Source of the DNA: the human T2T-CHM13v2.0 reference genome, Homo sapiens
Strand: one strand, 5' to 3'
DNA: 64,000 nt
NCBI RefSeq assembly: GCF_009914755.1
Contig: NC_060947.1
Positions 34,901 through 50,150 of this stretch are shown here, piece after piece. The notes below the pieces were generated by a model, which worked only from the letters and a program-made list of their open reading frames with translations, had not been told where the DNA came from and did not search any database. Made by a program: the position numbers and the translations under genes. Positions within the stretch are counted from its first letter, which is position 1; each line of letters begins with the position of its first letter.

Positions 34901-35646
34901 AGGAAAAATGAAGGCATTTCCATCAAATAAGATAAATTAAATTGTTCCAGACTCTAAGGGTATTATTTCCCAAGAACTGAATCGTGAAATACCATAAATG
35001 TCATGAATTGAATATAATAGTGCATGCAGATTGCATACAATTAGAGGTCAGTTCTTTTATGTTTCTGTACCATCCTTTCAGTTACCACTTTTCCATGATA
35101 AGCCTAAGCGACAATTCCCCATGCAAGATTTTAGCTGTTTAATAGCATGTAATGTGTAATGGTTAAACGAATTCCTTGGGGTGTCTGGAATTCACAGCTT
35201 GGTCCCTTTGAGAGTGAAAAGAGGCTGTCAAGCAGGACATATTGAAAAGTAGGTGGAGAGAGGTAGGGCTCAGACATGGAAAAGCAGCAAATGGTAGAAA
35301 AGACACTGATTAAATAAATATTTATTGACTGCCCCTAAGTCTCTAGGATACATTGGGGAGTAGGGAGAGAGGAAGGGAAGAGAGAATATAACGATGACTA
35401 ATGTTTGGCCTCTGTCTGCCTGGTAGAGGAAACAAAATATCCTTGTGGCAGAGAGGTCTAGAGGAGGATATAGTGAAGGGCAGGCTGCCTATGTTAAGAC
35501 CTCAAGCTGCGGCTTTGTTTATGTAAGGAAGTGCTAAAATTCCAGTTCTAGGTTAAATGGTGCTGACTCATTATTAGTGGGTCAATGAACCCCTTTAGGT
35601 CCCCTAAGAGAGAGCAAAATAACTGAGACCTAGGGAATTCAGTTCT

Positions 35647-35948
35647 TTTTTTTTTTTTTTTTTGGTGAGACAGAGTCTTGATCTATCACCCAGGCTGGAG
35701 TGCAATGGCACGATCTTGGCTCACTGCACCTCCACCTCCCGGGTTCAAGCAATTCTCCTGCATCAGCCTCCCAAGTGGCTGGGATTACAGGCGCCCACCA
35801 CCACACCCAGCTAATTTTTGGTATTTTTAGTAGAGATGGGGTTTCGCCATGCTGGCCAGGCTGGTCTTGAACTCTTGACCTCAGGTGATCCACCTGCCTC
35901 AGCCTCCCAAAGTGTTGGGAGTAGAGGCGTAAGCTACCACACCCAGCC
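35647..35948 (-). mobile_element. AluS (AluSx-like)
   Basis: TSD GGGAATTCAGTTCT at 35633-35646 and 35949-35962. Confidence 0.95.
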
Positions 35949-36362
35949 GGGAATTCAGTTCTAAAGGATCTAAGAGAAACTTAATAGCATGAAATAGGGA
36001 AGTTGTTAGAAGCCAGGGACAGAGGACAGTCAAGAGAGCTAATACAGCAGCAGAAGACGGACCTGGAACCTCAAAAGACGAAAAGCTCTCACATATCTGG
36101 GTAAGGGGACTTCCTTTAATTTTTTTCTAAGCTGTGGAGTTAGATAAAATTTCAGAATGTTTGATCATCCTAACTACATATCAAATTGCTTCATTTTTTT
36201 CCTCTCCTAAAGCTCAAGAGTGAAAGGAAAAATGTGATAGGAGGACAAAAACTGAAGCGAAAAACTTACAAAGGACAGAGAACACTGAGTAAGAACTGAA
36301 GAGGTGAAAGGCAGCCAGAGAATGAATTAAAACAGCATATACAAATGTATTCAACCTAAAGC

Positions 36363-36532
36363 TCTGGGTCTCAAACTATAGTGTGTATAAGAAACATTTG
36401 AGTAGCTTGTTTAAAATTGAGATTGCTAGGTGCCACCTCCAGACTTTCTATAATTCTATCAACAATCTCTGCTTTCAACAAGAACCTTCACAATTCCACA
36501 GGTAAGCTCCAGAACCATTCTTTGATAAAGCA
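36363..36532. mobile_element. MER5-like hAT-Charlie MITE
   Basis: TCTCAAACT...TTGTTTAAAA...GATTGCTAGG...CCATTCTTTGA pattern. Confidence 0.55.
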
Positions 36533-37091
36533 TTTATTAAAGCATTTCTGATATGCCCCAAACATTACTTCTTGGTCTCCACAGGGCAAAGGTGGCATTT
36601 GTCAGTGACTTGATTTTGAAGATCTAAATGTAAGGAACATTGTGAGCTCAAAACATTTTCTTTGACCATGTTAAGCCCGTGAAATGTTTTCAAGTCACAT
36701 TTCTAATACATTTATCGGAAGCAGTTGCCCTATTTTTATTTTCATGAGTGTATATACCAGATATTTTGAAATGATTAACCTATGTTTGCATGTGGAATAT
36801 CTCCTCCTGAAAATGTTTCTTTGTATTTGTAATGACTTTTTTTTCTGGTTATATCATACATAGGCTGTTGGGGTTGGAAGGAACCTGAGAGATTATAGTT
36901 CAACCTTCTTGTTTTGCATATGTAGAAATCAAGATTGCAAAGGTATAAAACAGCTGCTGAAAAACATAACTTGAGCTGTCCTATTTAGATATGGGAAATA
37001 GAAATTACAAACCTTTGTTAGATGAGAAAATCCTTAAACCTTAGTGGTTTTAACCAAATGTTTTTGATCTCTGAACAAAAAGGCTTGTTGC

Positions 37092-37504
37092 TGTTAAATT
37101 AAATTAAATTGGGCCTAAAGCTGACTCTGTACATAGCAAACTGCAACCCAGCTTGGCATGTAAGCAATATGCAACTTAAGAGTACATTCTTGTAACAAAT
37201 AGCTGAGCCTCAGCCAATCCCAGCAGTCAAGTTTCAGCTAATCACAGGCTGTAAACTGATCAGCTCATGTCCATATAAGGCAAATGCCTATTTACACTAT
37301 GCCCAAGTAAGGCAAATTCTAAGCTGTAACCAGTCAAGCTGTTTCTGTATGTCACTTCCTTTTTCTATCTATAAATACTGCCTGCCCACCTTGCTGGGTG
37401 GAGCTTTCTGAACTTCTAATTCTGAGTACTGTCTGATTCATGAATTGTTTTTTGCTCAAATAAACTCTGCAAAACGGAATTTGTCTAAAGTTTGTCTTTT
37501 AACA
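37092..37504 (+). mobile_element. Solo ERV1 LTR (MER57-like)
   Basis: TGTTAAATT...TTTTAACA termini, 4-bp TSD TTGC (37088-37091 and 37505-37508), CCAAT, TATAAATA and AATAAA. Confidence 0.85.
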
Positions 37505-38059
37505 TTGCTAATTGTCAAATATATTCTGCTTACTCCTACCCACTCAACGGAAAATAAAAGAGGTGGTTCAAAGGGGCATGCTTAGCTTCTATCTATGTCT
37601 ATTAATCTTTATTAGTGAAGACAAGAGCTTAGGGGTTACTACCGTTTAACAAGGCAAGTGCTAATCTCTAAAAAGCTGATAATTTCCACAATTTGTAAGG
37701 TTTAGGTAAAACGCAGAGCCTTTAGATGTGCTGGAGTATATTGCTTGGTCTTTAAGGAACTCCTCAGTGTCAGGACACTAAGAATTATAGGGGCTGATAA
37801 AGTGATTGTTATTTCTCTAGACACAGATATTTCAACTGTGATTTGGTTAATGCCTAGTTTGAAATCCTTAATAAAACTTTACTCTGAAAGGCATGCATTC
37901 TTAAAGTGAAATGTGTTATATTGAATTCATTTTTCACTTTGACTTCCTTTATAAAACTAATGATATATCCCTATAAATCTTTAGTACCCTCATGTAATAA
38001 AATAGCACTTAAACATGCAGAAAGAAAAGGGAGGAATGCAGAAATAATAAAGAACCACA

Positions 38060-38403
38060 ATACTGCCATAAAAACAGACACAAAGACCCATGGAAAAGAC
38101 TAGAGAACCCAAAAACGAATCCACACACCTACAGTTAACTCATTTTTGACAAAGGTGCCAAGAACATACAGTGGGGAAAAGACAGTCTCTTCAACAAATG
38201 GTGCGGAAAAACTGGATATCCATATGCAGAATGAATCTAGACCCCTATCTCTCACCATATACAAAAATCAAATCAAAGTAGATTAAAGACTTAAATGTAA
38301 GACCTCAAACCATGAAACTACTACAAGAGAACACTGAGAAAAATCTCCAGGGTGTCATCAACAGATGAATAATTTGAATTTGTACTTCAGAAACAAAAAA
38401 AAT
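38060..38403 (+). mobile_element. L1M(A)/PB internal ORF2 fragment with short A tail
   Basis: CTCATTTTTGACAAAGGTGCCAAGAACATACA...CTGGATATCCATATGCAGAA; flanked by the direct repeat TAAAGAACCACA. Confidence 0.8.
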
Positions 38404-41400
38404 TAAAGAACCACAGAATTAAAATGGGAGCTATCTCTTTAAATAGAGAGAATCCCAAAGAGAAGTCAACATTTTTTTTTTCTAGACAGGTCTTGAACTC
38501 CAACATCCAAACATAATTAACATTCTAAAAGAGAGAGAAAGAAGGTCAGAGATATTCAATGTCCAAGTTGCAGTTTTCTCTCAAAGGTAGACCCCACCTC
38601 TTTTTGCCCTTCTTTTGTTCTCCATTATACAAAGACACTAACTATTCTAACCTCTAATAGCAAGCACTCCCCAATAGATTTATGGCTTCTACAGACTATA
38701 TAATGTCAGTGTCCTTGCCTCTTAATGTTCACAATTGTATAAATGTGAACATTTTATATAACATTTACAAATTTTTCTGCCAAATATAAAAATCTCACAT
38801 AATGTAAATTCTGCTGAAATTATGTTGATAACATATTATGTGATTTTCATAGTTAATAGTATATACAATGATCTGGAAAAATAATCTAGTAGTAGACTAA
38901 ATTGAAATCTTCATATATATTTCTTATGTAAAACAATTGACTTGACCACTTCTCAAGTTATTAATATTCTAAAATTAAAAATGCAAGGATTGTGGATATG
39001 GAATTTTAGAATGAAAAACACTTTCTTTGACTAATTACCATCTTAATATTGGATAACGTCATCAGTAACTGTGTGTGTATGCATGTGTGTGTACATTTAA
39101 GTAAATAATTTTCTCTTTTTCTCCCACTTAAAGCAGTTAATGTTTTCGTTTTGTTTGATGGAACTTAAATTATCACTGACTACTTACTTTTCTTCCTTAT
39201 ACCTCTTGGCCAACATGTGATGTAATAATGCATGTGGAATGATAGCATATACTTTTCTTGAATTAAATTATGAGATAGGATTATACAATTTCAATTAAAT
39301 TTCTTTTCTCTCAAAGACATCTTAATTACTTTATATAATGCCTTTTAAATCAATCAGTTCTATTTTAATTAAGAAAACCAAGGTAGAAAAATTAAACAAT
39401 TTTCCAGGTTCATAAAGTGTGATTGCAGAACTAAAAGAATAAAATTGTACGATTGCAAGAGAACTGGAAGAGACTGTCCATATTTCTGGTCAAACTCTTC
39501 ATTTCAGTGAAGGAGAAAATTGAAGTCTGAAGCAGTTAAGTGACTTGATCAAGATTATATGCTAAGACAGTTAGTGACAGAATAGAACAGAAGGGAAACT
39601 GGGTTGCCCAGCTGCTGGCCCATGTCTTTCTACTCTACCATACTCACATATTTCGAGTTTGAAATTTTTGTATTCATATAAGTTAGCTGGAGGCAGTAAG
39701 CATAGCCCTATAAAGCAACTCTTGAACACTTGAAGAAACATGTTATCAAGTGTAAATTAGAATAGTATTGGGAAGACCTAGTGAGGAAACAGCCAGAAAA
39801 GAAAAGATTTGTTATGGAATATGAATCAAAATTTGGAGAATAAGAGGAAAGAGAATGTTGCAAGTGTGAGAACCAGCAAGGGTACATACTCATATGGGAG
39901 AGTGAGGAAATTGTTGGAGAGTAGGAATGGGGTTAGAAAATAGAATTTATTGATTCTCTTGGCTCAGAGAATCTATGTTGGGGAGTAACAGAATGATGCT
40001 TGGTGAGAAAGGAACTGGAGGCAGAAAAAGAAAAGAGAAGGGAAGGAGTTAGCAAGGACTTATTAGGCACAGTTGGCAGAGAGAGAAGGTTCTACTAGAT
40101 TCTAATGATTAAATATAACTTCATTAGAGCAGTGATTTTTTTTGGTATGTTTTATTCATGGTTGCATCCTCCGTGCCCAGAAGAGTGCCTAGTACATAGT
40201 AGGCATTCATTAAATATTTGTTGAATGAACAAATAAATGAATGAGGGAGATATGGAGACCTACAAGATTGAAGCTTTGAACAAAAGAGTAATATGATATA
40301 AACAGCGTCCAAGGTAGAGTATTCTTGCAAATGTATCAATATGGCATAACATGATGACTTAAATAAGAATCTTAATCACAGGAAGAGAAAAGATGTATGG
40401 CAGAAGAAAAATAAATGGAAGGAAAACGATACAATATGGACTTGTATTTGGAAGCACAAGGATATCTCTTATGAGCCAATGGAATACAAAGGGAAACTTC
40501 GAAATCATTTGGATTTAAATTCAATTTTGTTTCTTTAAAAATGGACACATTAATGGTTTTATTTTTTTGAAATATAAGAGCAGTTTCAGAATCGCTCACC
40601 AAACAATGGGCCAACTGTAATTTTTTATAATATGTTATAACTTGGGCAAACACAGGCCTATTTTTCCAGTATATCATTGAAACTATTTTTTAATTGTGGC
40701 AACTTTTCATTTTAAAATAACCCCCATGGAAGAAGTGACAAGATTCATAATGCAGGTTTATCAGTGCCACTAATGGTTCTATATCTAACTCTTCCAGTGT
40801 TATTCTATTCTATTTCATAATCATCCCTAATTACTGCCTATACTGTACTTCTCTCAATTGAACCCTGCCATTTGCTGTAGATTGATCAATACCCTAATTT
40901 CAATCAAGTGTCAGGAAATAAGCTAAATTGCTTTGATGTGGAGAATTACTTCTTTGCTTTTTATGAGTGCTTATAACATATCCTGTATTATTACATAGGC
41001 CTATATAAAAGCCAAAACCATTGATCTGAATATTTAAATTCTAGAATTGGCAGCACCTTAGATAAGCTAACTGTTTTCTACCTGATTAATGACAGCAAGA
41101 ATCAAACTGCGGTAGCTGACATGGGAAACTGCTGAGAATGAAGAGTCCATATTTTGGCTGACATGCTATTTGCCACTTTCAATTCTCCTTTTATTTTATC
41201 AAGTTCACATGAGGCAGAGAAAAGGCACTAAGTGATACTCGGAACAATTATAGCATCTTTCTTTTTCTTTTGTGCAGAAAAGAATAACTTAACTTGACCT
41301 GCCAATATTTTTTCCATCTCACATTTTCATTCTTTTTTAATGACGAAGGTTATCAAAGTGGCCTACGTCATCACACATACTGACCTCTCTTAAGAGTTTA

Positions 41401-41734
41401 AGCTGTAGAAAGCTAATAGAGCCTCCCTATCTTTGAAAATGCTATTGCCATTGTTGCTCCCAGTGTACCACCACCAAGTTGACACAAAATTCATATACAA
41501 AATAGGGAGATAAGGAACAATGTCTGGGAAGCCAGGGTGCAAACTTGTGAAAAACAAAACAAAACAAAACCTTATACATAAAAATAAACCTGTTCTACTC
41601 CTAGCAATCTACTTCTCATAAAAACAAATCCTTTTCTACTCCTAGAAAAAATCTACTCTCTATTTCATCCTTTCAATTAGTATGCATTTCTTTGTAGAAG
41701 TTTCCTTCTTTCTTTATATGCTACGGTATCATAT

Positions 41735-42310
<576 letters not shown>

Positions 42311-43436
42311 ATTTCATACTTGATGCAGACATTTACAATAGTGCTTCTGAATTACTAAAAATGCAGATTTTCCTCCTTATAGAAGTATATATGTTAAAAT
42401 TTTGGACAAGTTAGAAGAACTATAAAGAAGAAAAAAAATCTCCCTTCTGTAATCTTTCTACCTAGAGGTAGTAACTACTCCCGTCATTTAGTGTATACTC
42501 CCATAACTATTATTAAGTCCATTTGGTCATCTTCTACCTCCCTTCATTATCACTTTTTCTCTAGACACAGAAGAAAGCACAAAATATTTTTAATAAAGAG
42601 AAATGAATTAAGAAAGGCAACTGCTTAGAAAGCAGGAAGCCTGGCTTTCATTCCCCGCCCTTGCTAGATCATTTAAGTTACAATGGGCGTTTTACTTACT
42701 ATCTCTATCCTTTTGTTCCTCCACGGAACTATTGCAAAACTGGTATAACAAGAACTTCCCTCTGCCCTTTTTACAAAGATGCTATGATGCATCCATTAAC
42801 TAACTTCTCCAAAGAAAGCTGGCACATAGAAGGGGGCAAAATATAAAGTATGTGAGTATACTACAACTAAAAGCTTAGTTTACAGAGGATGTGTTTTAAC
42901 AAAATCTGAGAGGAAGCAAAAGACAGGAAGTTGCTATAGTCTCTCTTTAACTGTAGGAGCTATCTCCTCTAAACTGTTAATTATAATGTGTTACAGGTTT
43001 TATATTATATAATTGTAATGTGTTATAAAGGGTTTTAAAGACTGTCCTCTGGTATGCATTTAGACTAATGCCAAAAATAATTCCATAATACATATCCGTT
43101 AATTTTTTATCACTTTTTGTATAACCCTGTGATATGCCAAGAGAGAAATTTATGAAACTAGAATAGCTGCACTCCTCATTTAAATTCACTCTGATGTCTT
43201 AATATGCATGTCTCCTATGTTTATAAAACATTACCACTTTAATCTAATCTGAATCCTCAAGTATCATCTCCATACCAAGCAAATAAATGATTCATTTATT
43301 CAAAATACAGTGAATCATTCTGAAATTGGATGATTTACGTAGACATGTGAGATACCAGTTACTTGTGCTAAGACAATGAGGAAAATTTGGCCATTTTAAT
43401 TCATTTGTGGCCTTTTTGCTCCACATCTTTTCCTAC

Positions 43437-43609
43437 CTAATGTTGAGAGACTTTTTCCGAAGTTCACTCCACTTGAAGTTCATGTTATCCAAACGTCTTT
43501 GTAACAGGACTGCATCATCGGAACCTTCCAGGGATCTCAGGATTTTTTGGCTGTTTTCATCCAGGTTGTGATAAACATCTGTGTGAGCTTCAATTTCACC
43601 TTGGAGGTC
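43437..43609 (-). CDS. DMD: Dystrophin exon 56 (173 nt)
   Basis: Acceptor cttcctgctgtcctgtag|GACCTC, donor CATTAG|gtagga. Encodes DLQGEIEAHTDVYHNLDENSQKILRSLEGSDDAVLLQRRLDNMNFKWSELRKKSLNI(R). Confidence 0.99.
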
Positions 43610-44363
43610 CTACAGGACAGCAGGAAGAAGAATATGTGCAGAATTACCAAACAAAAGAAACAAGCGATGAATGTGAATTTGGAGAATTGCAAAATATAAA
43701 TAATTATTAGTTCAAAAGACATTTCAATCAGGCTAAACTAACAAGAAGATACATCTCAAATCCCTTTTCTTGGCGTATTGCCTTCTCCTGTTATTATGTA
43801 GATTTAAAATGGGCATCTTATTAGTTGTAATAGATTTATTCCTTGCCATTATGAGTTGGAAAGTAATGTATTTATAACTTTATAAAGTTCACAAGTTATA
43901 TCTTCTAGTCTATGGACAAAATGTATTATTTTATGGAAGTGATAGGCAATAAAATTCTATGATAAAGTGTACCCCAGTGCCAATAATTTCATTACTATAT
44001 GGATCAAGTCATATTTTCTATTTACGTAGTAATCTGTAGAGTTAACTCTGACCATAAAAGCGTGGAGAGACTAATAAACAAGATTGCACTTGGCCCACAG
44101 CACCAGCACATTCCTGGGAGTCTGTCATGGGAGAGAAAATCTTCTTGACAACACAAATTAAGTTCACCTTGGTATTATAGCATCATACATATAGTACAGC
44201 ATCATACATTTATTAGTTTTGATTTCCCATTTAATACACATTTTTAGGCTTGACAGGTGGAAAGTACATAGGACCTTGGTAAGAGTTATGATAAGAGGTT
44301 ATGCATTCAACTTCACTTGTATACACACAGATCAAGAAAATTATTATAGTAGAAGAATCTGAC

Positions 44364-44393
44364 CTTTACATGGTATGTCTTCCTGTGTAACAT
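44364..44393 (-). CDS. DMD: Coding part of the Dp116 (Schwann-cell dystrophin) alternative first exon
   Basis: ATG TTA CAC AGG AAG ACA TAC CAT GTA AAG|gtcaga = MLHRKTYHVK, the known Dp116 N-terminus. Phase-0 splice to exon 56 over a 754-nt intron. Confidence 0.95.
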
Positions 44394-44900
44394 TTTCAGC
44401 TTGAACCGGGCACTACAGCACTGATCCTGTTGCATAGCAATCCTGAGAAAACCCAGAAACTGAAAGAGCCCTGCTTTAAAATGCCAACTTTGCTTACATT
44501 CTGTTGACAGAATGAATTTTGGAGCACAGGCCTCACCAGTCAATAATAATAAACGGCCACTTTGTACTCCGCACTAAACAGTAGCCAGGCGTGTGGATGT
44601 GGGAGGAACCTCAAAGAGAGGAGGCCTGGAATATGCAACTGACAGTTTATATTAAACAGCCAACTTTTCTTATCATTCTGCCATTACAAGCCAGAGACAT
44701 TATAAATTCATTTTATATATGTGTTTCCTTCCTTGTTCCCAGCAGAATAGTCAAAGCCAAGGGAACATTCCTCAGAGAGCTGCCGGGTACCAGCATTCCT
44801 TTCTGCCTACACAATGAATGGAGGCTTTGTATATTATCTGACTTGCTCTTAGAGATTTGTATGCTTCTGTTCAACAAGTTTAAAAATTCATTCTGAAGCT
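44394..44900 (-). promoter_or_regulatory. DMD: Dp116 5'UTR and proximal promoter
   Basis: Repeat-free sequence directly upstream of the Dp116 ATG. Inr-like TCAGTTT (44463-44457), TATA-like TTTAAAG (44480-44474), SOX and M-CAT motifs. The exact TSS cannot be determined from sequence. Confidence 0.75.
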
Positions 44901-46239
44901 CCAAACAATTGGATTGATCTGTGTAACTAGAAAAGTTTTTTTTTTCTCTCTCTCTCTCAAATTGAATTAAATTACTCTGCTAAAGTAAGGGAGAAAAAGT
45001 GGCAGAAATAACATGTTAGAAATTCTGAAGAACTGGCTCAAGTTTTCAGCCACAGCCTCTTAAGATGCAGAATTCTGAATGTTGAACAAGTAAGGTAGAC
45101 AGACAATGAATGTCTATTGTCACTATTTTTGGCAGCTAAAGCATCACTGATGGACTCTAAAGAGAGTTGTGTCCCATTCTCTTTGACTGGGAGACAGGCA
45201 GGGGAATATGGATAGAATCACATCAGAAGTTGAAAGAAGGGAAATACTGAAAGTATTTCTGAGTAGTATCTCTGAGTAGTACAAACCAGGTTTGTACTGG
45301 AAGGATATAGCCTGATTTTGAAAGTAGTTTATATGGTAGAAGGTTAGTATTGGGATTCTTGCAGAACGAAGTTTGGTCAAATATATAGCCATTTTATGTT
45401 TTTCTTTCTTTTTTCCTTTTGCCTACGTGGAATAACATGCCTGCCTAATTTGCACTTCTTCAGCAAAAGAGAAAAGTGAGTTAATTTATCTAAGTACTTC
45501 AGGAGAAAAAGCCAACCAGATCTAAGTTCCAGATAATTCCTTCACTTGTCTTTTACTTTACTTCTTCTGTTGTACTTGATTTGTACAGTACTTTCCTTTT
45601 GTGTATGCACTTAGGGGATTAAAGACAAACTTTTAGTTGTTCAAGTAAAAGTATTCTCACTAGTAGCATCAGTTTTCTATGTTTACTACATTAACATACA
45701 TATAAAGGATAGTACATTTGAAATTTATATCCTACATTGATAGCAGAGACCCAGGCTCAATCACGAGCTCCTTAAGGTTATGTATACCATGAAGTCACCA
45801 ACACTTTCTTTGTCTTCTCAAGCATAAATAGGATGTTGATTCATGAATTTGCTACTTTTCATCTTTGCCATATATATTATACTGCATATAAACATCTTTG
45901 TTGTATTATCAACAAATAAATGAATATAAAATTGATAAACAAGCATTTATTGAGGACTGATTTATTGTCTAGTTTTAGCACTTTGGGAAATGTAAGAGGA
46001 GTACAAATGATAGTTCTGTCTTTAATTTTCCTAAAACCTAGTGTGCATTTTTGTTTAATTCGTTTATATTACCAACTAAATATTGACGGCAATTCCTGCC
46101 AAGTCTTCATAGATACTGGGATAAAGACTCCTTCCTTTAGAAATGCAGAAATGGCTAAAGTTATCTTAGCATTGGCAAGAAGATAAGTCTTCTGTCAGTA
46201 CTGCTTTTCTAGGTCATGATGGTGATACAGAGCTGTAAA

Positions 46240-46460
46240 TGACACGTGTACAGTAAAGGGCTTTACAGGTTACAAAGCACGTACAAATGTACCACCTTAG
46301 TTATTCCTCCCCCTGGCTCTGTGAAGTACATCACATTTTCTGTTTTGCAGATGAGAGCACTGAGACTCGGATGTTTAACTGACTTGCCTAAAAGCCATAT
46401 AGCTGATAAGTGTTAGAACTGGGAAATGGATCCAATTCTCTTGATTCTAGAAGATCTTGG
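46240..46460. mobile_element. MIR
   Basis: TTTTGCAGATGAGAGCACTGAGACTCGG...AACTGACTTGCC core. Confidence 0.7.
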
Positions 46461-46627
46461 GCTGCCTCCACCAACCCACTTGCCAGAAGCATTGGATATA
46501 ATACACAGTAGTCACTGAACCTGAACGAAGATACTACTTGCAAGAGGAAATAAGTGACTGTTGAGGGAAAAGCACCCTGAAAGACAGCATTCTTGAGTTT
46601 GATAAAATGTTTACCCACGTGGATTGA

Positions 46628-46964
<337 letters not shown>

Positions 46965-47393
46965 CTGATTGCTCTTTTCACTTCTCATTTAGCATTGGGC
47001 ATCCTGGACCACCTGTGAGCAAAAAATGTTCACACTGAAAAGGTCTCCTTTCTGCAAATTTCCCTGTTGCCAGAACAGAAATTCTGCCATCAGTAATTCA
47101 TCTCTTTGTCTACAAGAGCCATGTGGACTACTATGAACCATACCAAGAAATGACTTGACACATCAGCATAAACATAGTTCATCCATGTTCCTTTGGGATG
47201 GCAGGCTGGTAGGAAATCTTTCAAGCTACAGGACTCAGATAGGTTGCCCTAAAAGGAAGGTAAGTATTGGGAAAGAACCCAAGGCTCTCTTTCAAAAGCT
47301 GGCATGCTGTAGTGGAGATTTTTCAGTATCAATAAGGCAGCATGAGTCATAGATTGGGAATGCAGGGCAGGCTGCAAGGAATATACATTATAC

Positions 47394-47434
47394 ATAATAT
47401 AATATAATATAATATAACATAACATAATATAATA
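47394..47434. repeat. (AATAT/AACAT)n pentanucleotide repeat
   Basis: Seen directly. Confidence 0.9.
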
Positions 47435-47468
47435 CTACCATAATGATATTTGTCTAAACTCATCATTT

Positions 47469-49590
<2,122 letters not shown>

Positions 49591-49889
49591 CTACACCTCA
49601 GACTCAGGTAGCACAAAAGAGCAAAAGATTGATATGGAGAATCAAGTGGAGTTCTCAGTGGGTAGCCAATCTGGACAAAGGATAATTTTCATAGAAATTT
49701 TTGGATAGTTTTATTTCACTTCTGACTTAACTAGAAAAGATCATTCAAGCCTTCATTACTGCATTCACTGTATGCTCTCTAATTTTTTTCTTCTTTTTTG
49801 TGATTGTAGTCTTTAGGAAAAGCAATAACGAATGAACAAAGGGGAAAAGGTAGTTGTTACATAACAAAAACCATAGCAGCAGCAGCAGC

Positions 49890-50150
49890 AGCAAGAACAA
49901 CAACATACATGAACCTTACTGTACATCAGGTGCTGTCCAAAGCACTGTATATACATGAGCTCATTTTCTCCTCTCAACAACCCTCTAGGGTAGGGGCTAC
50001 TATTATCTTCATTTTCCATATAAGATAATGAAACTACTGTAAGGTTAACTAAAAATGCCCAGGTTCACACAGCTAATAAATGCAGCAAGATTTAGAACCT
50101 CGTCAGTCAGACTTCAGGGATTGTGCTCTTAGCCACTAGGCTATATTACC
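49890..50150. mobile_element. MIR
   Basis: CTCATTTTCTCCTCTCAACAACCCTCTAGGGTAGG...TGCCCAGGTTCACACAGCTAATAAATG. Confidence 0.7.

Noticed and set aside
43537-43722. 61-aa minus-strand ORF overlapping exon 56
   Set aside because: Different frame from dystrophin and mostly intronic; chance ORF.
44436-44543. Further N-terminal extension of Dp116 (MTGEACAPK...)
   Set aside because: Begins at TTG and lies upstream of the likely TSS region.
49875-49893. (CAG)n tract as an expansion locus
   Set aside because: Only about 6 units, intronic; unremarkable.
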